Positions 1-13,547 are shown, counted from the first letter of the stretch. The stretch is DNA of 64,000 nt from Octopus vulgaris (GCA_951406725.2 OX597816.1:42098001-42162000); one strand, 5' to 3'. The notes: generated from the letters alone by a model not told the origin. Made by a program: numbers and translations.

Positions 1-120
1 GGGAGCCTGGTATGCATGGGCGACTGCTGGTCTTCCATAAACAATCTTGCCCAGACTTGTGCCTGGGAGGTTAACTTTCTAGGTGCAAACCCACGGTCAG
101 TCATGACCGAAGGGCGTCCC
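1..120 (+). mobile_element. 3' end of tRNA-derived SINE (family D, same family as 45720-46058)
   Basis: aactttctaggtgcaaacccacggtcagtcatgaccgaaggg matches the reverse complement of the tail at about 45730-45780. Confidence 0.75.
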
Positions 121-3100
121 AACCAATCTGCTTTTCAATGGCTTTCCAGACAAAATAGATTTGGGTGCCATGCGAGAAGAATACTTCATTAATTAGAATA
201 GAACCATATATTTCTTGACTTAACGGTACACATTTCTCAATTTATTTATTTTGTTTTATCTCTACCTATACGTGTATAAATATCGATGAATATCTAAGCC
301 TATTTATATGTTTAGAGCTACGCAATACCCTTGTATTTGGTATCAGGCATCTCCATGTTTATGATAGAAATTGTAAGATTTTGCAATTCAATTACTACTG
401 TTGAAGGAAATATTTCAAGACGAATTATTTCTAAATTTTAATATAGAGTAAAATAACGATGGGGAAAACGTCTCTATCTGATCGGATTTCGTGAACAGAT
501 TACCTTCAGCGTGTACGTATGTGAAGTACGTAATATTATAAATATCTATAAAAGTGTCTGTAAGGTACGTTCTGAGATGCATATGTAGATATATTAACTA
601 TACATTATAAGATATAGCTAAAATGCGTACTTATGTCCACTACATCTATGTTATGATTAAAGAATCGAATAACAATATAAAACGAATTAATATAAGGAAA
701 ATAAATATACACAACAGCCTAGCCTCAATCTTCCCAATATTTCAACAGGCTTTGAGAAAATTAACCTTGTCACAATTTGACATTTAGAAATTGCATAGAA
801 TTAAAACGACCTCTGTCAATCGCTACAAGAATCCCCTGTTTGACACGCACACACACACATACACAAACACACAAACACACACGTACACAAACACACAAAC
901 ACACACATACACACACACACTCACACACACACACACATATATATATATGATTAATTAATTTAGTCGACTCGCTGCAGGTGAAAATAATATTATATGCTTC
1001 CAACCGAGGAACAAAACTATACAGAAGGAAACTGTAAAATAACTGTCAGCTTCTTTTTTCTTGATTTATTTATTTGACAATATAAAATATTACGTAACGT
1101 TTATAGAGGAATGTACACCGCCTGTTCATTACTCGTTAGCACTAGCATAATTTTGTTAGTGCCCAAGACAATATTTCCGAACAATTGTCTGTTAATTTTA
1201 AAAAAAATATCTTATAATTATTTTATTTTAAGTGAGATTGATTATCGACCAAAATTTCTGGAAACACAAATTTTGAGATTTTATCACCTTAGCTAATTAG
1301 ATGTAGTAATTGAAGTAGATGTTTTTGATTCAGTTAAGAAATAATTAACGAAAGTGTGGCTCTAACTCCTGTAAGCTCTGTAGAACATATTCCTTTTTTT
1401 TCTTTTAAGAAGAAGCATATTTTGCATTTATGACATTTTAAAATATTGTAGCATGATACATTACTGGCAATATATATTTTTTAAAAGGCAATTTATGACG
1501 TGCAACGCTTAGTAGCATTTTCAAACAACTAAATTCTATGAGCTTATATGATTGTTCGTTATTATACTGCAATCAATGGTAGGATAAGGAGCTGGTAGTT
1601 TTCTCAGAGCGACGGAAAATATGCATAGCGGAATTTTTTCCCATAATTTCTTCAAATTCCACCGAGTTCAGCTAACCCGTATATTATTTCTGAGTCCATA
1701 AAATACCAAACTACTACAGGGAGCGATGCTATTGATAACATTTCCCCGTAAAATTGCTGAGCCTTTGACAAATTTATTTTCATATCACCTTATTATTATT
1801 TTCATATTGCATAATCAGAAGAATGAAAGGCACTTTTCTTTGGGATATGTAATACCTGAATTTAAGTTCTAAATACGAATAGTTTCGAGGTATAATTTTC
1901 ACGCTTCATTCGTGAGAGTATGCAGCATTTTAGATATAACAAGCATGCATATTCATTATATCTGGGTTTACCAAAGCATGTTGAGGTTCCTGAGTAGCTG
2001 TACATATTCTTATGGCATTTTCTAATCCTATCAATAATCTTTGCTTCACAACATATAAGATGATATACATATTGAAGCAAAATATTGGGTACCATAGCAG
2101 AACTAATTCTATTCACAAATTCTTTCATCTTATTCAACTAGTGCCTATAGACGCTTCGACACTAATGAAACTATAAGTGGCTTATATAAATATACTTTAG
2201 CTCATTCCAAATTATAATTTACACATACAAACCGCCGCACCCTTATTTACGCATAAAAATTTAATATTCCACGTCTTTCTTTCATTAATACAGAAATAAT
2301 TGAATTCTTCTATACATCAAGATGGCGCAATTACTTTCCATTTATATTGAAGTAGTGTGAAGACGGTGACGTGGTAAAATAATTGGGCAACGGAAAAAAT
2401 GTTTAATGTTGTTTAATGCGATGTTTTAAAAATTATATATCGATATACCAACAGTATGAAATTTGCCTTCCAACACCCCGTGGTCAATTTAATAATGTAC
2501 CAGTGAAGTAGTGATGTGCTGTAGGCTGATTTTACCGACTGATTACCTCCCATCAAAAACACTGTTGTGAGGAAATTATGCTTTTTATGTTTTTACTATA
2601 TTTTTCGTTTCTTATGGTTGTATTAAATCTCTGAAATATTATTTATGTAACATAATGCAATCCTTATATAGTTTTTAAACATTTATAAAAAAAAAGACTC
2701 TTAGAATATTTTTTGTGTCTTGTTTGTCTCTTTTTCTTTGCTTCTCTTTTATCTTTTACTCTCTCTCTCTCTCTCTCTCTCTTGTCTTCCTTAATACTCT
2801 CCTCTGTCTCTTCTGACCCCTGCCCCTATGATACTTTTTTCTGTATTCCCACTATCACGTGGCCCGCGACAATCGTGAACTTCATAAAGACGCTCGGCCT
2901 TATTCCTAGGTGGTTTGTTTGCTTCTTCCTTCGTTCTGATATTCTGGTGTCCGTAGTGAAACAGGACGTTTTCCTTTTCCTTCGCTTTACCCATATCAAT
3001 CAGTTCGGTAGCCGCACAGCATTATTTTTGTTGTATATGTATAATTATTATAATTATTATACTTATTTTAAGTTGTCTTGTTTATTCTAGACCTTGTGTT

Positions 3101-3339
3101 CTGCGTTCGTGAGTTACTCACAGTGCCGTTTTGCAACTAGCTCCACCAAGAGAGAGAGAGGCATCAACGTTAATGGCGTGAAACCGTTATGTTCTCTCGG
3201 ACGTTGATTGATGAGGAGTTAGAAATGAAGTTTCTGTTTGTTATGGTTTTGTCAAATTTTCCATTCATTATATTTTCGTCAAATCTTTCACTTGTTATGT
3301 TTTTTATTAAATCCTAGAAACATTCATTTATAATCTAGG

Positions 3340-3468
3340 TACATGCAACTAGTACTTAATTTATCGATCCAGAAAGGATGAAAGGCAAAGTCGATCACGG
3401 CGGAATTTGAACTCAGAAAGTAAAGACAGACAAAAAACTGCTAAGCATTTCACCAGCTCGCTGCCTTT
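3340..3468 (-). mobile_element. SINE family A fragment
   Basis: Shared core gcaactagtacttaatttatcgatccagaaaggatgaaaggcaaagtcga...ggcggaatttgaactcag, repeated about 10 times in the window. Confidence 0.8.
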
Positions 3469-3531
3469 AAATCCTTGAAATATTGTTAATCTAATGTAAC
3501 AATATTACGTATTCCTTGTGTATTGTACTTA

Positions 3532-3580
<49 letters not shown>

Positions 3581-3599
3581 GGATGAATGAATTATCCTT

Positions 3600-4470
3600 T
3601 GTTTACCGTTAGCATGGGAAATTCAATAAACAGTTACCAGGGTAGCGAAATTCACGCAAATAACTCGGATGAAGCGACCTATTCAAAGGTAGAAACTCCG
3701 GGTTAATGTGCAGCAATTTGTGTATTATAAGTAAAAAAATGGAGTTGAACGAAGATGTTATTAAAATTCTTTTACTTTCGACATATGTTTCGAAGACAAC
3801 ATTGTTAAACTCCAAAGGAATAAACGGTGTAAAAATGCAATCTTCTCATCAGGAAAGAAAGAGACCCTATCTCAACAACAGGACATTATAACAATTACGA
3901 TGACTGCCTAAATGATAAACAGAACGTTGTTAAGTATTTAAAAAACCGTTAGTAGATTTGACGTCAAAGGCAGATACCAGGAAGAGAAGGGTTAAAGAAA
4001 TAATAAGTAGAGAACAAATCAAGAGGCATACGTTGGTTGAAGTAAAGTGCAAGTTAAACTAACTGTTCAAATCATAAAAACTGCCGAAAGCACTTATATG
4101 AGTTAAAGGTATGTTTCTGCCAGTGTTTACATTTGTAAGATCAACTGCACCTTCCATTTTTTGTTGTGCTTGTACTGCTTAAAGGCTCTTTCTTTCCTGC
4201 CAAGCTTACTGTTTAAAACATGTTTGAGTTCTCCCAGTGAACAGCCTTATCATTACTGGTACTTTAAACTCTTCGGTTGCATTTTTGTGTGAATAAAATC
4301 GTTTTTCTTTAGAATAGAAAAAAGTCTATCTTTATTTCTTCTTTTGCTGGTCAAATCAGTGTTTCTCAAAGGGGATGCATATGGGACAGTCGGACAAGTT
4401 GTTTTGAGAAAATTTGGTTTAAATGTTAGACAACTCAGCACCGTCTATTGGTGGCTGACGTTTCGCTCGT
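3600..4470 (-). mobile_element. Heavily degenerate Penelope-like element remnant (linker/GIY-YIG region)
   Basis: Broken minus-strand reading resembling STNV..I, ELKHVL and RKVKE motifs, similar in layout to the better-preserved 31818-32090 copy; CGAAACGTCAG (hammerhead 3' half) at about 4455-4465; (TA)n at both ends. Confidence 0.45.
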
Positions 4471-5496
4471 GTATATATATATAAACAATGACATATATAT
4501 GGAAACTGACATTATATTGCAAATATTAGAATGAAATGATCGAGATTCTGATAGTATTTTAATGATTTATGCATAAATTTGATACGTAGTTTATTATGTT
4601 ACCTGTCCTACAGTTTTGCTAAGAGTTATTTGTGATGCACTGTGAAAATTAGCAAATTATATGCTATTTTCTAATCATAGAATATATGTTGTCTAAAAAG
4701 CTCACTGACTACAAGATTTTTATTCCATTACATATTCTCTGTTACACACAGAAAATTAGATGTTTGTAGTAGAGTTTAAATAGGTACATATAACAACCAC
4801 TCTATGTAACTTCATAAATGGTACTGGAAGTGTCAAATGTTGGATTTTTCCACGTCGACTTTGATCTCCAGAAGTAAATAAAGTTTGAGAAACTGTCCCT
4901 ATTAATAAACGAATTATTTGTACAGCCAATGGTTTTATGACATTTATGCCACTATACATATTAATCACCACATTTAAACACAAAGCTTCATATTTTTAAG
5001 TCTGTACTAATCGTTATAAATGCAATTACATGGAAACCAATCACATTTTAGTTCTCAAATAATTGTAGGTCATTTGTATGCATTACAAGGTAACTCATTT
5101 ACTTGGGGATTGTACATTTACTATATTCGATAAAGAGCTGTTATATAAAGTAATCACTTATGATGTGAAACGAAAACTTGAAGTCCGTTTGGATAATGAT
5201 GCAATTAAAATATCATCCATTATACAACTTATTTTAGTTATTTATCAGTCACATCACTCTTGACTACGTGTAAATTATATTTAAAATGCGTTCAATAAAA
5301 GAAAGACTGCTGCTGCGAATATCAAAACTTTTGATTAAGGTGTCATTCTAAAGTCTAGCACAGAAGGAAGTGAAAACGAAATATGACAATGTTAAAAATG
5401 TTATTCAAATAAGCATAGCTAGACAAGAATATGACTTCACTGTTCTATGATAGTATATCTTTTTAAAAATAAGTACATATGTTTACGTGTGTGTGA

Positions 5497-5561
<65 letters not shown>

Positions 5562-7179
5562 CGTGTGTGTGTGTTGCATACGTACTGATACATAAAAACA
5601 TATGGTTAGAAATTGTTATTTTAAAAAATCTTATTTCGAAAGATAAAAATTTAATTCTTACTAGAATTGCATGTACTTTTATACTCAAGTATTACACGTA
5701 TGCTTATAAGTACGTATATTGCTTAACATTTTTTCATACTTGACGCATTTTTTCTATTAGCTTATCAAGTACAATGAGCAAAAACGATTACAAGCCTGGC
5801 GGTCTCAACTTGTAAAAATGAGGTGTTGTTTTTATTGTATAGAAAATTACTGAATCAGTTACTGAAGAACGAAATGGTTGATAACACTTAAAAAGTGGTG
5901 ACATTCGTACACAAAGAATTTAAAAAACAGTTTTCTCTAAGAGTGAAGACAAGCGTGCAGTGCTTCTTCTAATGTCGAAGAAATTCTAGGGAATCAAAAT
6001 TTTGAAAACCATGTACGGTTACATCAGGACTTTTAACTTGAAATCTGAACATATTCTTCCCCTCAAAATAATGAGGGCGTACTATCAGGAAAGTACATAC
6101 ACTCACTCGTACATGTGAGCACATTAAATTAAAATTGTGCAAATTTACGATCCATTGCAGGATCATTAGAGGTCAATTTACATTTACACACACACGCAAA
6201 CACACACACGCGCGCGCGCACGCAAGCAACACAACATGCAATGACAAAGACACGTACAACTGAACACTTCGTAAGAATTAAACAAATTGTAGAGGGAGAT
6301 ATCGTTAAGATACAATAGTGTAACTTGCAATCAGAAATCGTTGTTTTGCATTTAATAATAGATGTTTGAGGTATCAGTAACGTCATTTTATGGCATACAG
6401 GCGATAGTTTAGGTATTTGAAAAAAATATATTGTTAAAAGCAATAAAATAAAATACAACGTGAAATAACACAACGACGAAGTTCCGTCGTTTGCGCTTCA
6501 TTTCTGGTGTTAGGGCATCAGTGAAAAATGCAAATCTGTTGCTTCTCAGGGGTACTGTATGTTGTGTGTTGCATGCGATTCCTGGTTGTGTACTCTGCAT
6601 TTCGTTCTAGTCACGAAGAGTTCGTGCATCCTAAGTGAATCAGATCGGAATTTTATAACCAGCGTGTGTTTATGGAGAGCAACAGTTCTTTCATAATATT
6701 ATTGATTACATTTTGAAATCTTCAAATTAAGAGGAGGTTGACTCTCACATTCATCATCTTGTGATCCATAAAGTACCTAACAGTTGAACACGGGTCGATG
6801 CAATCAACTAACCCCGCACTACACCCACCAACATTTCAGTCCTTGTAACTATATTAGCAGAAAGGATTACTCAGTTTTCAATGTGTGTGGTTCAACTGTC
6901 TCACTTTCTGGTGTAACAATGCCGGCAAACATCTCTAAAATACCCCATTAAATCTCAAGTAGGTGTCTATATATTTATCTTCCATCTTGCAGTATAATTT
7001 CTCGATCAAGGTATTTTTGCAGTATTCAGGATATGATTTTTCTGATTGTAAATACATTCGGTACAAGTCACAGGCGGTTAAGTTTTGACATTACATCATG
7101 CATTCAGTATGTGGATTTGATATCAGTTATAGCTGAATTAGAGTCAAAATTTATGCAGTAACTCTTATAACTAAATGTA

Positions 7180-7550
7180 TTTCTTTATTAGCCCCAGGAT
7201 GCTAAACATAGAGGGGACAAACAAGGACAGACAAAGTGATTAAGTCGATTACATCGACCCTAGTGCGTAACTGGTACTTATTTAATCGACCCCGAAAGGA
7301 GGAGTTGCAAAATCAACCTCGGCGGAATTTGAACTCAGAGCGTAACGGCAGACGAAATACCTATTTCTTTACAACTCACAAGGGGCTAAACTCAGAGGGG
7401 AGGCAAACAAGGGGAGACAAACGGATTAAGTCGATTACATCGATCCCAGTGCATAACTGGTACTTAATTTATCAACCCCGAAAGGATGAAAGGCAAAGTC
7501 AACCTCGGCGGAATTTGAACTCAGCCAGCTCACCAGCTCGCCAGCTCGCA
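7180..7550 (-). mobile_element. SINE family A, head-to-tail dimer
   Basis: Two ~190-bp tandem units, each with attaagtcgattacatcga...aacctcggcggaatttgaactcag. Confidence 0.85.
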
Positions 7551-8033
7551 GCCTTCGAGCTTATCGAACATACTAGAGTGTGTTGAGTCTAAGGTCGCTT
7601 CACTTTGTTCCACATGCATTAAAAACACATTTTTGCTGCATTGGGTTGGTGATCTCATTCGTCCGAATAAACGAGAGAAGTCTAAGAATTTGGCACTTAA
7701 TTCTGGGGACGGTTAAGCTTGGGTGAATGAAGAATTATCGATTCATATAAAATATAATGTAGTTAAAAACAGTTTCGTGAAATATTTCATACCAGTAATA
7801 AATTTGATGAATTTGCCTACGAGAAGAATATAATTAAAGGGATCTTCGTAAATTCTTAGAGATTCAATTGCAAATAACTTAACAGGGTTGTTTGCAGTTT
7901 CATAAGTTGGACGATATGTAGTTTGTGCAATGTAAAGTGGCCTGTCTTGTGGTTAGGATAGAGCATTGTACAAGGTGTAGTACTTAACAAAACGTCAGTC
8001 TGTAGTACAGGTGTTTTGCGAGAGCTGCAACCC

Positions 8034-8395
8034 CATCATCATCATCAGCAGCAGCGGCAGCGTCATTATCATGACCATCATCATTATCATCTTGCCCCAT
8101 TGCTTGAACATATTTAGCCCGCGCAGGCCATCCATCCATCCCGGTCCTGCATTAGTTGAAGGCGTTTTCTGGGAGGCATGCAGTGGCACTGCTGAGTTGA
8201 TCAACATATGCTGTATTCAGACAACTTGCTCGAGTACGGCCATGCTTTGGTATTCATATCAATAAGTCATTTGCCAGCTCCCGTTCTTCTCGCCAGCAAA
8301 GCGGTAGCCTCTTTTCTTTATGATGGCGGGAGCAGGCAGGAAATTTCCATAAAGCTGTTTCTTGGTGTGATGAATTTTCCAACTTATGTTTAAGA
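8034..8395 (-). mobile_element. 3' end of an RTE-like LINE with (GAT)n tail, degenerate
   Basis: Minus strand reads NISWKIHHTKKQLYGNFLP...RFAG...ELANDLLI*IPKHGRTR...YVDQL...MQDRDGW, typical of an RTE-type ORF2 C-terminus, followed by a GAT-rich tail. Confidence 0.75.
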
Positions 8396-9214
8396 CATAT
8401 ATGTCACTTTAAATATGACCAACCTTTGAGTAAACTATTTGTGAGATCTGGCTTGATGGCATATCGTTTAGTGTATGTAGGAAAAAGGATTATACATAAA
8501 ATGGTCGGTTCCGATACCGTTTAACTTCTCTCTGTCAGGAAACCGATCAGTTGAATTAAATTGTATAGCTTATGGAAGTGGTATCTGAATTTTGTGGCTT
8601 AATGGTGCAGAAATAATACTATTCCTAATACAATAAGCTTACATCACTAGAAATTCGGTTATCTCACCACATTATCAATGGAAATTGCCACGATCTTCAC
8701 AATCTCCGAGCGCGACTCGCTGGAATGCATATGAAATTGCATAATCATTATTATAGTGAAATGTTACTATATAAAAACTGTAATAGAGACTGTTTAATAT
8801 CAATGATTAGTCTATAAAATATGAACAAATTTTATAGTTAATTTTCATGTAGAAGCTATGATTTCTTCCTGGTTCTCAGTTCTTTTACGATGATAAATAT
8901 ATGCCTTATATTTATATCTTAATCTCATTCTATTCTTTCAGTAAACGACAATTTCTTCCCTGTGATATCAACTGATTACTTATAAATTAAATGTGTCTAA
9001 ATTCCATCTACTCTGCTGACTAGTCCTTTAGATATATATGGATTAGATGGGATTCGATAGCCAATGTTTACTTCACTTTAGGACGCAACTATCACCATGT
9101 TTTCTTCACCAGAGAATGGCTTGAGATCATAATGGTTTGAGGAAATTATTCTGCCACACTTGTTGAACATGGCTTGGCAGAAAGATGTATTTTTATGCTC
9201 ATACCAAGGAATAG

Positions 9215-9380
9215 TTAAGTCGATTGCATAGACCCGTGTACTGAATTGGTACTTATTTTACAAACCTAGAAGGATTGAATGGCAATGTCCATCGCGATAG
9301 AATTTGAACTCAGAATATAAAGACGAACGAAATATCGCTAAACATTTCTCCCGCGTGCTAACGATTCGACCAGCTCACCC
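9215..9380 (-). mobile_element. SINE family A fragment
   Basis: ttaagtcgattgcatagacc...aattggtacttatttt...gaatttgaactcagaa...gtgctaacgattc. Confidence 0.7.
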
Positions 9381-9387
9381 CTTCCTC

Positions 9388-9389
9388 TG

Positions 9390-9458
<69 letters not shown>

Positions 9459-9477
9459 TTATCTATCTATCTATCTC

Positions 9478-9566
<89 letters not shown>

Positions 9567-9570
9567 ATAC

Positions 9571-9635
<65 letters not shown>

Positions 9636-9660
9636 CATTTATCCATCTATCTATCTATAC
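9388..9660. repeat. (ATCT)n microsatellite
   Basis: Directly visible, ~270 bp. Confidence 0.97.
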
Positions 9661-9664
9661 ATAC

Positions 9665-9957
9665 ATTTATATAAATAAGGATAAGATCGATATTTAAAAA
9701 TACCGATTTTTTCAGGTAATAATCATTATCAAAATTATAATTAATGGTATCTAAGAGATATCACCATGCTAGATATAGGAGCCAAAACGTAACATTAAAA
9801 CCATATTAAATGTTCATACAACACCAGGAGAGAAGACAAAGAGACAAAATAAACTGCCAAGAAATTACTGGATAATTCCAGATGCCGGATTTCTGCCTCT
9901 GCGTAAGAAATGCTTTGCCTTCATCAGTTGAATATATGCAGATAGCACATAAATCCA

Positions 9958-9960
<3 letters not shown>
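9665..9960 (-). mobile_element. Penelope-like pseudo-LTR remnant (family also at 13300-13432 and 36960-37190)
   Basis: Homologous blocks (ctagcatggtggtatctc.tagat...aattataatttt) in three places; contains a hammerhead motif; next to (TA)n. Confidence 0.6.
9875..9933 (-). ncRNA. Type I hammerhead ribozyme motif (degenerate)
   Basis: Minus strand: attcaa CTGATGA aggcaaagcatttcttacgcagaggca GAAA tccggca TC tggaat. Confidence 0.55.
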
Positions 9961-10027
<67 letters not shown>

Positions 10028-10108
10028 AGTTAGTTAGTTAGTTAATTTGGCTCAATAGCAAATAGCAAGGCCATGTAGGGGGACATGGAGTTAAGTACAG
10101 GGTGGTAT

Positions 10109-12975
10109 TCAAGTAAAGAGTTCAGGCCACTTGAGGTCAAGGGAGGCTTTGAACAAAGCGGTCGTCGGCATCTTCATCATCTCGTCTGGCAGCTTGTTCC
10201 ACGGATCCGCAACCCGAACGGAGAAAGCTCCTCTCCTTCGATTGAGATGAAATCGTCGCAGGTAGAGCTTTTCGGAATGACCCCGCAGCCGACGCTCTGG
10301 AGCAGGAGTGAAGAACAGCTCTTTCGAGAGGTTACACTTTCCGCTTATGATGTTGTGGGCGAGAATGAGATCACCACGGCGGCGGCGTTTTTCAAGAGAA
10401 TAAAGGTCGAGCGTTCTCAGCCTTTCTTCGTAGGACAAATTTTTGAGACCATGAACCATGCGGGTAGCCAGCTTCTGGACTCTTTCGAGATGCTGTATGT
10501 CTTTGAGGCGATAAGGAGAAGAGGCTTGAATCCCATACTCCAATATGGGTCTCACCAGCGTGACATAGAGTGGTAGGAATATGGCTGCTGTGAACATTCC
10601 GAATGACCGTCGAATCAAGAACAGAATTCCGCGTGCTTTGTTGGCAGCATGGACGCACTGGGCCGAAGGCGAAAAGGAGGAATCCACCAAGATACCTAGG
10701 TCCTATACCTGATCGGTCCTCTCCAGCAGCAGACGACCCGGCTCGAAATCAAGTTGAGTTGCAGGAGTAGAGCCGACAGGCAGATGACAGCACTTTGACA
10801 CGTTCAGACACAGGTCCCAATTGTTAGACCACTTCCAAAGTTGGTGGAGGCATCGACGAGATCCTCTATATTACCGCGAGGAGCGACCAGTTTGATATCG
10901 TCGGCAGATAGAAGGGTGTGTTGCGTGAGGTCGTCGGGTAAGTCATTTATGAAGACTAAGAACAACAGGGGCCCAAGCACTGAACCTTGAGGCACGCCAC
11001 TGCTCGCACTGGAGACGTCGGACCGCGAACCATTAACTTGGACTTGGAAGGAGCGATCTGAGAGGAAGGCACCAACCCATCGTACAATATCCGGATGGAA
11101 ACTATATGCTTGAAGCTTGACCAGCAAGAGGCGGTGGTTTACCGAGTCAAAAGCGTTGGCAAAGTCCAGTAAAACGATGTCAACAGCATCACTATCATCG
11201 AGGATGCGCGTCACCAATTCTTCCATTACTAGTAGGTTGGTCAAGCATGATCTCTTCGGCACGAAGCCGTGTTGGGAATCAGAGATAGAGGCTGTGTTTA
11301 GGAGGTGGAGCATCATACTTTTCTTAAGGATGGTTTCGTACATCTTGCTGATAATTGATGTAAGGGAAACCGGTCGGTAGTTAAGCGGGTCTTCGCGGCT
11401 CCCTTTCTTGAAAATTGGGCAGATTATCGCTGTTCTCCAGTCAGCAGGTATAACACCCGTCGCCAATGACATATTGAATAGTCGTGTTAAGGGCTCGCAG
11501 ATGATCGGAGCCAACGCTTTGATAACCCGTGGGTGTATGCCGTCAGGGCCGTGACCTTTGTTGACATCGAGGCCTTGAATAACACGTTTGACTTCGTCCC
11601 GCGTGATGACCAATCGAAGCATTGGAGGTACCGATCTATCAAATGGAGGGGGTTCACGACAATCATCTTGTTTGAAAATAGTTGAAAAAGCCTCGGCAAA
11701 TAATTGACTCTGTTGATAAGGGTCCTCAATCGATACGCCTGTTGAGTCTACCAATGTTGCAATCTGGTTGTTCAAGCGGGAATTCCGCTGGACATGGGCA
11801 AAGAAGGTTTTTGGATTGCTACTGGCATTTGCCGCGATTTTGTATTTGTAACTGAATCGTTCTTTCTTTTCAATTTTCACGGCTCGGTCTCGTTGAGTTT
11901 TGTACACCTCAAAAGCTGCAGTCGAATCCAGATTTTTGAATTCAGCCCAAGCAATATCTCTGAGTCGACGTTCTCGTTTAACCCTCTTCTTCACCCAGGG
12001 CTTGTGTTTCTTCCTCTTGGGAAGCCCAACGGGAACTGCCTGGTCAGTCAAACAGATTACATATGCTTTGAGGGATGACCATAGTTCGTCAACTGAGGAC
12101 AACGTCATCAGGGATCGCCACTCCAGAAGCGCGGAAGCCTCGGTTAGAATTTCAAGATTAATTGCAGAGAAGACTCTACGTGGCAGCGAAGTAGTCGTGG
12201 GCGTAGAAAAAGTTGTGTGCATGACGAACTTCAGGACCGCATGATCACACTTGGCAAGAGGGGTGCACACAGATACGTCTGACACTGATCTTGGATAGCG
12301 GGAGAATACCAGATCTAGCATAGATGGCTGCAGCCCAGACAGATGCCTTGTCGGATATTCAACATGTTGCGATAGAAAACAATCTTCAGCCACTTCAAGA
12401 AGGGCCTGGCCGAACCGGGAAGATGTTGTACAAATTGATGTGGGCCAATCGATCGTGGGAGCGTTGAAGTCTCCTAGTACCAAACAGTCATGCGAAGCTG
12501 AAACGAATCTTATCGCTTCGAGTAGATTAGCATCGTCCTGGGGGTCGGCAAGAGGCGGCCTGTAGACAGCCAACACGGGCAGGCAAAACTCAGATAGGCT
12601 CAGCTTGCAATAGACGGCATCGAATTTTGTTGTAGGCTGAGCATTAGTGGGTAGAATACCGCTGGACGGTTTGTGCTCAGACTTAACATACACAGCAACA
12701 CCTCCAGCTCGCCTTTTTCCTCTGTCACATCTGAAAAGGACGTAGCCCTGCAGGTGGATTTCTGAGTCCTTTACTGCTGGAGTCAGCCAAGTCTCGGTGG
12801 TAGCTATCACATCAGGGGAGTCACGTATGGCCAGTTTAAATAGTTCACTGAACTTTGGGAATAAGGAGCACGAGTTGGTGTAGACGATGCTGAGCTGTGA
12901 ATTCTGAGGGGCGGGAGTTGGGGAGCCAGAGATAGCATCGTTGACGGGGGTATCAACTTCACTTCGATTTGCCCT
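10109..12975 (-). pseudogene. LINE ORF2 (APE endonuclease + reverse transcriptase), with a 1-bp frameshift at about 10859 and an in-frame TAG at 10703-10705
   Basis: APE motifs TETWL, GGVAVYVK, LGDFN, LDLVF, CDH; RT motifs NYRPVSLTS, QHGF, DFANAFD, GVPQGSVLGPLLF, SADD; after the frameshift LHQLWKWSNNWDLCLNVSKC...QV*DLGILVDS...LVRPILEY...LERVQ...RGDLI...RGH...WNKLP. Confidence 0.93.
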
Positions 12976-13085
12976 CACATCACTTTCCCTGTCAGCACTA
13001 CAGCATGGGACCAGAGGTAGGACTTGATTATCTGTCCATCTTGGATTCGTAAACCCTTCTCTCCCCTTTGTTTCCTCATCTTTAG
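12975..13085 (-). pseudogene. C-terminal tip of LINE ORF1
   Basis: [21 protein letters not shown]...GKVM* resembles the LK.R...GE..L.I..G.I end of CR1/L2-type ORF1. Confidence 0.6.
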
Positions 13086-13133
13086 TATATATATATATAT
13101 ATACCAAGTACAACTACTTACATATACCAACGT

Positions 13134-13207
<74 letters not shown>

Positions 13208-13299
13208 GTTGCACATGAGCAGTTTAAATTGCCCGCCTAAAACTCCTCGTGTGAGATGGTCAAAATACCACCGTAGTAAATATAAGGACAAAATAAAAA

Positions 13300-13432
13300 T
13301 CTAAATTTGTATAAATAAGGATAAGATCGTTATATGGTGGTGTATGAACATTTAATGTGTTTTTAGAGTCAAGTTTTTGCTACTATAACTAGCATGGTGG
13401 TATCTCTTAGATACGCTTAATTATAATTTTAT
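13300..13432 (+). mobile_element. Penelope-like pLTR fragment, inverted relative to 9730-9825
   Basis: ggtgtatgaacatttaatgtg...ctagcatggtggtatctcttagatac...aattataatttt is the reverse complement of about 9730-9825. Confidence 0.6.
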
Positions 13433-13433
13433 C

Positions 13434-13547
<114 letters not shown>

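Larger units (their letters stand above)
10025..13085 (-). mobile_element. CR1-clade non-LTR retrotransposon, 5'-truncated, recent, inserted in (TA)n
   Basis: End of ORF1, near-complete ORF2 (APE+RT), short 3' UTR and (TAAC)n tail at about 10025-10045; (TA)n on both sides; GC clearly above the flanks. Confidence 0.95.

Noticed and set aside
2713-3230. 125-aa hydrophobic ORF in an LTR-like GC-richer segment with CTGATA...GAAAC
   Set aside because: The ORF depends on (CT)n; no second LTR or PBS; the core and stems do not form a hammerhead.
6460-6680. Short hairpins (acgacgaagttccgtcgt) and a minus-strand TATAAAA suggesting an ncRNA or promoter
   Set aside because: Stems are too short and no known RNA family motif is recognisable.
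10085-10576. 163-aa plus-strand ORF and other antisense ORFs at 11117-12244
   Set aside because: Shadow frames of the LINE ORF2 on the opposite strand.
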